Shown one piece after another: positions 56,836 to 64,000 of a stretch of DNA of 64,000 nt. How positions within the stretch are numbered: position 1 is the stretch's first letter; every line of letters begins with the position of its first letter. A program made the position numbers and the translations under genes. Below the pieces are notes generated by a model that saw nothing but the letters and a program-made list of their open reading frames with translations, was not told the origin of the DNA and made no database searches. This stretch comes from Thermoproteota archaeon (GTDB lineage: Archaea; Korarchaeota; Korarchaeia; Korarchaeales; JAOZGB01), in contig JAVCBU010000006.1 in the NCBI GenBank assembly GCA_037917685.1, positions 224,001 through 288,000 of the forward strand. The letters are read 5' to 3'.

Positions 56836-59130
56836 ATGAAAAATAGAAAGATAGTATCTATCCTGCTGCTAGCCCTGCTCATCCTCCTAGTAAGAGTACC
56901 AAGCGTAGAAGCCTTCCCACGACTCACGGACTTCCCAGCTCCATTCGTACAAGACGGAAAGATCGACTACGACCTAGACGGAGAAAACGAGATTGCAATA
57001 ATCCTTGGGGAGACAGCGGCGGCATCCGACGTCCTAGGTGCAGGTATGATAGGTCTAAAAATAGGATCCCATCTCTACCTTAGCCATGCTGCATACCCAC
57101 CTGAGCCATTCCAGTTGCACGAGGTAGACCTAAATATTACACTCTACGAGTACGACTTCAGCGAATACTACACTGAATATGCTCCAGTATTTGACTATAC
57201 AAGCTACTACGCTACATGGGACGGGTCATATCCGCCGCCGGTGTTCGAGCTTAACTCAACATTCTACCTTCCAAGCATATATGGCGAGCCGGGCTGGACA
57301 ATCTGGGTGAACGAGTATGGTGTAACCCCAGTCGACCCATGCCTATGCCCAATACCCTACATAGAATACTTCACCTACAGACTTGGATGCAGAGGCTACT
57401 ACACATACGAGAACGTTGACTACCCGAGGCCAGACCTATACACATACTTCTACCAGTGGGGATACTATTATGACCCTACTCCAAGGCCATATCCACACTA
57501 CACGTTCAACATAGAACATCACCTAGTCTCATTTGAGTTCTACAATGAACTATCCGTGTGGATAGTCGGCGAACCTGTAGTTATACCATGGGCATGGAAC
57601 GTGATGCTTGAGGTAACCGCAATACACATTGCTCCGTGGGACTTTACGAACCTAACATCCAGAAATCACACGGTAGCTTTCGCGCTCAAAGATCAGGCGG
57701 GAAACATCATAGATTGTTGGATACAAAATGTAAGCCAGATATACAATGTAACATTCACCTACGTCTCATCATGCGGACTTACATTCCCATCGCTACTGCA
57801 CATACACGTTAGCAAGGTTTGCCCTGACTCAAACTGCGCCTATGTGGAGGTATGGAGTGCCCCAATACCGAAGCATGTTACAGTATATCAGGTTGACGGG
57901 ATTGACTTCATATGGGGCGTGAACGAGACCCCTGTATATGGTAGGCCGCCATGGTGGTACACACCTCTAACAGACCTAGAATGGGCGTATACCATACCGC
58001 CAGACTGGATATGCGGCGGAGATGTTGCAAGAATCGACACGTTTATGCCGGTGCATCCTCCATGGACTGGAAGAGCCTACCGGTTCATATGGATATCTCC
58101 ATATGAACTAACGGAAATCTGGAGATGCTACTATGTTAAGGTCATGGGGTGGGACACATGGCTTGAAAACGGGACAAAGATAATAGGCGGAGAGAAGTTC
58201 GTCTTTAAGAAATTCGTATGGACCGATAGCTATGGTAACATTCACGACATGACAAAGGCCGTCTACAGGATAAGGACGGTAGACCTACCATGGATGTTTG
58301 TAGAATACCTAGATATATACCAGACTGATTTCGACTGGGATGAGAACGTATGGGACAACGTACTATACCTAGGCGATTATCCGATGGTTACAGAATACTT
58401 CGAGCTTTCAAGCATCATCGGAGCTGACGTTACAGGTGTCTTCGGCGGCATATTTGACAGATTCATTGAAAGCGAGGAATATACAGGTACTACGAAGTAT
58501 GATATGACGACGATGCAGGACATAACCCCAGCAGAGGAGAAGGACTCAATATTCGACGGAGAAGACGTATTCAGCTACGTTAAGGCACCAGCATTCTACA
58601 TAGCAGGTAGTCCTGATGCTGAGCGTGCAAAGAGCGAGAAGAACCTAATCCTGATCGGAGGGCCACTGGTCAACAGTTATGTTAAGGAGCTTAATGATAC
58701 AGGCCTGCTGCCAATAAGCTTCATAGGAAACGACAAGCTTATGGACTGGAACAACCAGATATGGACCCTGGAAAACGTAACAGGCGTATACGGCTGGCCA
58801 CCAGAACTAGTACCAAGGATAACCTCAGGCCTAGGCGTAGTACAATATGCAAAGGAAAACCCATGGAACCCAGACAAACACATCCTAGTAGTAGCAGGAA
58901 CAGACAGATTCGGAACCTACGCAGCCTCAGTAGCCCTAGCAGACCCAACAAAGATAATCCGTGAGACCGCTGAGAACTGGTGCAAGGCTGGTGTTGAGAC
59001 TCCGTTCGCAGCCGTCATAGTGCTTGGCGTAACACCGGGAGTTGGAGTGCCAGGCGTGCAGCCGCCGCCGGGCGTCGTCTACGTATCAGTAGGCGAGCAG
59101 CAAGGAGAGACTCCAATAGCTGGAGGCTAA
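56836..59130 (+). CDS. S-layer protein (S-layer N/C domains flanking a large aromatic-rich insert)
   Basis: Signal peptide; FPAPFVQDG..IILGETAAASDV; NLILIGGPLVN..NPW..LVVAGTDRFGT; many sequons. Confidence 0.85.
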   Translation: MKNRKIVSILLLALLILLVRVPSVEAFPRLTDFPAPFVQDGKIDYDLDGENEIAIILGETAAASDVLGAGMIGLKIGSHLYLSHAAYPPEPFQLHEVDLNITLYEYDFSEYYTEYAPVFDYTSYYATWDGSYPPPVFELNSTFYLPSIYGEPGWTIWVNEYGVTPVDPCLCPIPYIEYFTYRLGCRGYYTYENVDYPRPDLYTYFYQWGYYYDPTPRPYPHYTFNIEHHLVSFEFYNELSVWIVGEPVVIPWAWNVMLEVTAIHIAPWDFTNLTSRNHTVAFALKDQAGNIIDCWIQNVSQIYNVTFTYVSSCGLTFPSLLHIHVSKVCPDSNCAYVEVWSAPIPKHVTVYQVDGIDFIWGVNETPVYGRPPWWYTPLTDLEWAYTIPPDWICGGDVARIDTFMPVHPPWTGRAYRFIWISPYELTEIWRCYYVKVMGWDTWLENGTKIIGGEKFVFKKFVWTDSYGNIHDMTKAVYRIRTVDLPWMFVEYLDIYQTDFDWDENVWDNVLYLGDYPMVTEYFELSSIIGADVTGVFGGIFDRFIESEEYTGTTKYDMTTMQDITPAEEKDSIFDGEDVFSYVKAPAFYIAGSPDAERAKSEKNLILIGGPLVNSYVKELNDTGLLPISFIGNDKLMDWNNQIWTLENVTGVYGWPPELVPRITSGLGVVQYAKENPWNPDKHILVVAGTDRFGTYAASVALADPTKIIRETAENWCKAGVETPFAAVIVLGVTPGVGVPGVQPPPGVVYVSVGEQQGETPIAGG

Positions 59131-59143
59131 CCCCCTCCTTTTT
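59131..59143 (+). terminator. Probable pyrimidine/oligo-T terminator after the S-layer gene
   Basis: CCCCCTCCTTTTT directly after the stop codon, abutting a convergent gene. Confidence 0.5.
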
Positions 59144-60657
59144 TACATATAGTAGCTTATCCTCTTTATCAAAGTACTTTCCACTGATACTGGCGGATTT
59201 GTTCTTGCAATTGTGCATGCTTCTTCGAGCTTTGTATGTTTCTCAGCATAAATTTCAAATAGGGGTTGGCCTTCTCGAACTCTTTCACCTTGCTTCCCAA
59301 ATAGTAATATACCCGCCCCTTTGTCGACCGGGGCTCCTGCAGCTCTTGCTACCCTCTTAATGATTTCATTACTTACTTTGGCGACGTATCCATCCGCTGG
59401 ACTGTAAAATGTTTCCTTTAATGGCCCAACTGGAATATCATCTGGTTTAATATCCGGATCCCCGCCTTGTGCCTCTATAATTTCACGCATTTTCTCATAA
59501 GCCTTTCCACTACGCAGTATTTCTTTAGCTCGTTTTCTCCCGTTTCCATAGGTTGCTTTTCCTCCCATTTCAAGAAGAATACCGGCTAAAGCTGTAGACT
59601 TCTCTACTAGAGAGCCGGGTCCTCCACCCATGAGAGTTTCTAAGGCTTCCTTTGCCTCTAGGGCTGGTCCTACAGCATGGCCGACAGGTTGCGAGCCATA
59701 TGTTATACCGCATTCAACCCTAATTCCAAGCTTCTCCCCCAGTTCAACAAACATTCTAGAAAGCCTTACAGCAGATTCTAAGTCGCGGACTTTGCTACCT
59801 TCCCCATATGGGACATCCATAACTAGAAAGTTTACGCCTAAAGCTGCTTTCTTCGCCATTATAGAAGCAACCATCTGGCTTTCAGGATTTAGGGATATTT
59901 TATAGCCAACTTCAGCGAAAACGTCGTCTGCCGGAGCCAAGCCTAAAGCCTTACCCCATACAATTGCTCCACCAATCTTTTCAACAATCCTTTTGAACTC
60001 GTCGATTTCAAGCTTTACATTTGCAAGGACTTCCATAGTATCAGCGGTTCCAGCGGGGCTTGTTATAGCCTTACTACTAGTCTTAGGTATTAGGAGCCCG
60101 TCAGCTGCCACTATGGGGACTATAAGCAACGAAACCTTATTACCCGGTACTCCCCCTATCGAGTGTTTAGAATAGACAGGCCTACTGAAGCTAATCTTTT
60201 CTCCGGATTCAACCATGGCTCTACTCAAGTAGAGTATCTCCTCAGAATCTAAACCCTTTACATATTCAGCTATTAGAAAGGAAGCTATTTCAGTTCTACC
60301 CAGTCTTCCCTCAATCACATCATTTACTATCTCTTGGATTTCCTCCTTCGTCAGTTTCGAACCATCAAGCTTCTTCCTAATATACTCCATCGAGCTAGAA
60401 GGCGGGCAAGTTTCTACATTTACATAGTCTCCAGGACTTGTGTGCAACTCTTCAATAATGAATCTTGGAAGCATAATACAGCTACCCTCAAACTTATCTA
60501 TCGTCCCCACTATTTCCACAACAGCCCTCCTCTCTTTATATATAAGGGTTATCCGCTCCCCAACCTTAAAATTGAACTTTTCTAAGCAATCTTTTGATAG
60601 AATCGCGATCTCCCTGTCGGTATCTATATTCAGATTAACTATTTTAAGTTCAGGCAA
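59143..60657 (-). CDS. AMP phosphorylase-like protein (paralog 2; Asn at the catalytic Asp position)
   Basis: KHSIGGVPGNK, KTSSKAITSPAGTAD, SLNP..ASIMAKK, QPVGHAVGPALEA, ARAAGAP. Confidence 0.9.
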   Translation of the reverse strand: MPELKIVNLNIDTDREIAILSKDCLEKFNFKVGERITLIYKERRAVVEIVGTIDKFEGSCIMLPRFIIEELHTSPGDYVNVETCPPSSSMEYIRKKLDGSKLTKEEIQEIVNDVIEGRLGRTEIASFLIAEYVKGLDSEEILYLSRAMVESGEKISFSRPVYSKHSIGGVPGNKVSLLIVPIVAADGLLIPKTSSKAITSPAGTADTMEVLANVKLEIDEFKRIVEKIGGAIVWGKALGLAPADDVFAEVGYKISLNPESQMVASIMAKKAALGVNFLVMDVPYGEGSKVRDLESAVRLSRMFVELGEKLGIRVECGITYGSQPVGHAVGPALEAKEALETLMGGGPGSLVEKSTALAGILLEMGGKATYGNGRKRAKEILRSGKAYEKMREIIEAQGGDPDIKPDDIPVGPLKETFYSPADGYVAKVSNEIIKRVARAAGAPVDKGAGILLFGKQGERVREGQPLFEIYAEKHTKLEEACTIARTNPPVSVESTLIKRISYYM

Positions 60658-60707
60658 GCAATCCCAGAACCATCTAAAGTAATTATCTATATAAAAATCT
60701 GTGCCGT

Positions 60708-61877
60708 ATGGATGGTATGGACAACCTTGCCAGATGGGTTGAAGATGTCTTCTATAACCTCACTGATAATATTGGACCGAGGATGGCAGGTACAAACGAA
60801 AACGTGCTTGCAGGAAGCCTTCTATCCAGCTACGTCCAAGATATAGTAGGACTTGTAGATAAATTCAAGTTCAAGGTTACAAAGTGGATACCTAAAACCT
60901 GGAAAATCCGAATTGATGGGGTAGAGTATAAATCCCTGCCTCTAGGTTTTTCGCCTTCTGGAAATGTTTGCTCAGATCCAGCCTACGTTTACAAAGCATC
61001 AAAATACGAGTTTGAAAGTCGGGATGTATACGGTAAAATAGCAATTGCCACTCGAGGTGGGGATCTAAGATGCGAGCAGAAATATCGGAATATAACAGAA
61101 GCCGGGGCCATAGGCTTCGTTCAAATAATGGATACCCCAAACGGCATATTAAGAGCTGAAAAGATAGCGTCAGATAAGATAGGTCCCATTCCAGCAGTCG
61201 AAATAACCTATGAAGACGGTATGAGACTGCTCAGAAAAATGAAAAAGGGTGTAAATGTAAACATTTCAATAGAAACCAAGGTTGAAGACGGACGTATAGA
61301 AGTGTCCAATATAATCGGTGGAGATATAGATAGGAGCCCAATAATATTGACAGCGCATTTTGACAGTTGGTTTAATACCCCTGGAGCATTTGACAACGCC
61401 TCAGGAGTTATATCGGCCCTTTTAGCAGCTAAAATATCAAAGCTAAAAAACATAGCAGTGATCCTTTTTAACGCCGAAGAATTTGGTTTGCTAGGATCTA
61501 AAAGCTATTCCCGGGAGAAAGCATGCGAGCTCTCCGAAAAACTAATCCTAAACCTAGATGTTTGTGCATGTAAAAATAGCATTTCATACACGCTACAAAC
61601 CAACAGCCGCAGGCTTGCCAAGGCCGCTGTAGAAGCCTCAGACCAGACGGGAATAGATATATCTATTACCTCCAAACTCTCACAACACAGTGATCACTGG
61701 CCCTTTGCCAAAGAAGGTCTTAAAGTAGGATTTCTATTTCAAAATTCCTGTAGCATCCATACCCATACCTCCTACGATACCCCTGAGAAAGTTGGAGTTA
61801 AATCTATAATCAGAACAGCCAAGCTTGTAGGCAAAATTATTGAAAACTTCATCAATAAAACAAGCAAAGACTATTAA
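60708..61877 (+). CDS. M28-family aminopeptidase with PA domain
   Basis: IGPRMAGT, TAHFDSW, GAFDNASG, AEEFGLLGS, SDHWPF, HTSYDT. Confidence 0.92.
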   Translation: MDGMDNLARWVEDVFYNLTDNIGPRMAGTNENVLAGSLLSSYVQDIVGLVDKFKFKVTKWIPKTWKIRIDGVEYKSLPLGFSPSGNVCSDPAYVYKASKYEFESRDVYGKIAIATRGGDLRCEQKYRNITEAGAIGFVQIMDTPNGILRAEKIASDKIGPIPAVEITYEDGMRLLRKMKKGVNVNISIETKVEDGRIEVSNIIGGDIDRSPIILTAHFDSWFNTPGAFDNASGVISALLAAKISKLKNIAVILFNAEEFGLLGSKSYSREKACELSEKLILNLDVCACKNSISYTLQTNSRRLAKAAVEASDQTGIDISITSKLSQHSDHWPFAKEGLKVGFLFQNSCSIHTHTSYDTPEKVGVKSIIRTAKLVGKIIENFINKTSKDY

Positions 61878-61884
61878 TATGTAG

Positions 61885-62997
61885 ATGGTCTCATTGAGAA
61901 ACATACTGCTGATCAAGTACGGAGAACTGTTTTTGAAGAGCCCACCGATTAGAAAAATATTTATTAAGAAACTACTTGAAAACATAAAAGCCTCTTTAGA
62001 TGTAAAACTAATACCTTACAATATTCTAATAGTCAGGCATGATAGCATAATCATGGAAGCTGATAGAAAAGCCTTCAAGCATCTATCAAAAATCCCAGGC
62101 ATCGCAAGCGTCGCCTACGCCTATGAAACTAAAGCAGTATATCACGAAATACTGCAATGTATACTTAAGAGCCTTAAACCAACGTTTCAAAGCATTTACA
62201 TCAGGGCGAAAAGAGTTACAAAAACCTTCCCTTTAAAGTCAATGGAGCTTTCTCAAAAACTCTCATACGACGTAGCATCTAAGCTTAACGTAGAGGTCAA
62301 CCCTAAAGAGCCAGAAGTTACGGTATATGTGGAGATAATAGGCGATAAAGCGTACATCTATACGGAGAAAATTAGAGGAATAGGCGGCCTTCCCGTTGGT
62401 ACGGCTGGGAAGGCCGTAGCACTATTGTCAGGAGGAATAGACAGCCCTGTCGCACTATGGCTCATGTTGAAAAGAGGAGTAACGGTCACCCCCATATACA
62501 TGAGAAGGTCTGAACAAGAACTCTCAAAGGTTAATAAAATAATATCAAAACTCCAAGAATATGTATACCCTTCAAAATTAAACCTAAAAATCGTAGAATG
62601 GACAAGGTATATGCTTAACGTCCAAAGTAAACTTAAAGCTGTTAGAAAAGAGCCGTGGATATGCATCTTCTGCAAGAGATACATGTTAAAACAAGCTGAA
62701 AAAGTAGCGTTGTCGATTAACGCAAACGCCATAATAACAGGCGAGTCGATAGGACAAGTAGCCTCCCAGACTCTCTCAAACATGAGGGTAATATCAAAAG
62801 GGATAAAACTACCAATATTAAGACCGCTCATAGGCTTCGACAAGGCTGAAATAGTACAGCTTGCTCGGTCAATCGGCACATATGAGATTTCAATAGAGCA
62901 TACGGTAAAATGCCCATTCATGCCGAGACACCCTGTTACAAGGGCTAGTTGGGGACACTATGAAAAAATAGCCGAAAAAGCTGGTTTAGAACCTTAA
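61885..62997 (+). CDS. thiI: tRNA 4-thiouridine synthase ThiI (CxxC...C type)
   Basis: KYGELFLKS, THUMP domain, GGLPVG, LSGGIDSPVA, CIFCKR, GESIGQVASQTL, RPLIGFDK. Confidence 0.95.
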   Translation: MVSLRNILLIKYGELFLKSPPIRKIFIKKLLENIKASLDVKLIPYNILIVRHDSIIMEADRKAFKHLSKIPGIASVAYAYETKAVYHEILQCILKSLKPTFQSIYIRAKRVTKTFPLKSMELSQKLSYDVASKLNVEVNPKEPEVTVYVEIIGDKAYIYTEKIRGIGGLPVGTAGKAVALLSGGIDSPVALWLMLKRGVTVTPIYMRRSEQELSKVNKIISKLQEYVYPSKLNLKIVEWTRYMLNVQSKLKAVRKEPWICIFCKRYMLKQAEKVALSINANAIITGESIGQVASQTLSNMRVISKGIKLPILRPLIGFDKAEIVQLARSIGTYEISIEHTVKCPFMPRHPVTRASWGHYEKIAEKAGLEP

Positions 62998-63028
62998 CAT
63001 TTAATCAATCCGATGACATATTATAGCT

Positions 63029-64000
63029 GTGAGAATTAAGAACTTTGATGAGTTAGCCCTCGGCCAGACAGATGCCGATACCAAGGCAAGGACTATAGCG
63101 TTAGAATGTATAGAAAAGGCGATAGAAGCCGCTGATCCTCAGATTGCGGTGCAAAGAAACGTTAAATTATCAGGAGAGGAACTTAGAATAGGTTCATACA
63201 AGATAAACCTTAAGAAAGCTGATAGAATAATCGTGGTTGGGGGGGGAAAGGCCTCTGGACGCATGGCTGAAACATTAGAGTCGATATTAGGTGACAAAAT
63301 AGAATCCGGAGTAGTCAATGTACTTAAAGGGACGGAATCCCTCTTTAAAACAAGAAGAATAGTACTTAACCCTGCTGGTCATCCGATTCCGACTACTGAG
63401 GGAGTAAAAGGTGTAAAAGCTATGCTTAGCCTATTAAAAGGGCTAACATCCCGGGATATTGTCATAACACTCATATCAGGTGGGGGCTCGGCCTTAATGC
63501 CTTACCCTATCGAGAAGATATCTATAGAAGACTACGTGGAGGTCAACAAACTACTGCTGAAGTCGGGAGCGGACATAAATGAGATAAACGCGGTAAGAAA
63601 GCATCTCTCTAGAATAAAGGGGGGATGGCTTGCAAAATACGCCTATCCAGCAACCGTTTTCAGCCTAATAATATCCGATGTAGTAGGCGACCCACTCGAA
63701 ACTATAGCCTCCGGTCCAACATCGCCAGACCCCTATACTTTCACTGACGCATATAACGTGTTAAAGAAGTATGACTTGCTAGATAAGGTACCCAGTAACG
63801 TTCTAGACACGCTTCGGGCAGGTTTATCAGGCTATCTTCCAGAGACCCCTAAGCCAGGAGATAAAATCTTCGAGAAAGTAAGAAATATTATAGTGGCAAG
63901 TAATAGTATTGCAGTAAACGAAATGGTCAAATACGGGAAACATATGGGATATAAATGCCTTAACCTGTCGTCATATATTGAGGGCGAGGCGAGGGAGGTA
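63029..64000 (+). CDS. gck: Glycerate 2-kinase (MOFRL family), 3' truncated; absent from the ORF track
   Basis: Translated from GTG 63029: MRIKNFDEL..AADP..VGGGKASGRMA..AGHPIP..LISGGGSAL..INAVRKHLS.IKGG..SDVVGD..IASGPT..ETPK. Confidence 0.93.
   Translation, partial: MRIKNFDELALGQTDADTKARTIALECIEKAIEAADPQIAVQRNVKLSGEELRIGSYKINLKKADRIIVVGGGKASGRMAETLESILGDKIESGVVNVLKGTESLFKTRRIVLNPAGHPIPTTEGVKGVKAMLSLLKGLTSRDIVITLISGGGSALMPYPIEKISIEDYVEVNKLLLKSGADINEINAVRKHLSRIKGGWLAKYAYPATVFSLIISDVVGDPLETIASGPTSPDPYTFTDAYNVLKKYDLLDKVPSNVLDTLRAGLSGYLPETPKPGDKIFEKVRNIIVASNSIAVNEMVKYGKHMGYKCLNLSSYIEGEAREV

Noticed and set aside
56836-59130. Diversity-generating retroelement target in the Tyr-rich S-layer gene
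   Set aside because: No reverse transcriptase and no template/variable repeat pair seen in the window
1015-62921. Many antisense and nested ORFs of 60-190 aa in the track (e.g. 8191-8712, 19137-19685, 62358-62921)
   Set aside because: They shadow well-supported genes, have Ser/Ile/Leu-rich antisense composition and show no motifs
1-64000. CRISPR arrays, IS elements, integrases, proviruses, rRNA, inteins
   Set aside because: No spaced repeats, transposase or integrase motifs, or rRNA-like sequence seen; proteins such as Lhr and RtcA show no intein-sized insertions

Overview
Core-genome segment of a TACK-like archaeon, probably thermophilic, with roughly 42% GC (estimated by eye) and dense coding. 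The left ~12 kb is a translation/transcription superoperon: secY, DUF106, rpl14e, cbf5, tRNA-Ser, rps13/4/11, an inserted unknown gene, rpoD, tRNA-Leu, rpl18e/13, rps9, aIF5A, SRP54, Pus10, rpl21e, rpoF and DUF655. The remainder is housekeeping, metabolic and envelope genes: class II HMG-CoA reductase, crenactin, RtcA, multi-OB RPA, AsnRS, POR subunits, WecB, Lhr, thermosome, Alba, two AMP phosphorylases, MtaB, a PGK-like protein, TFB, aIF1, an S-layer protein, ThiI and glycerate kinase. I saw no mobile elements or CRISPR arrays. The notable signals are: (1) a 20-nt bulge-helix-bulge intron splitting the catalytic Asp codon of cbf5; (2) tRNA-Ser with two probable 12-nt introns and tRNA-Leu with one; (3) a possibly dispersed crenactin ('Arcade') system, made of crenactin, an arcadin-2-like C-terminal peptide on the gene inserted between rps11 and rpoD, and a kite-like winged-helix gene; (4) a TFB whose Zn-ribbon has no ATG/GTG/TTG start and which converges on aIF1; (5) an AMP phosphorylase paralog with Asn at the catalytic Asp; (6) a WecB fused to a TrkA-C domain. 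All family calls come from motif recognition only; no database searches were run.
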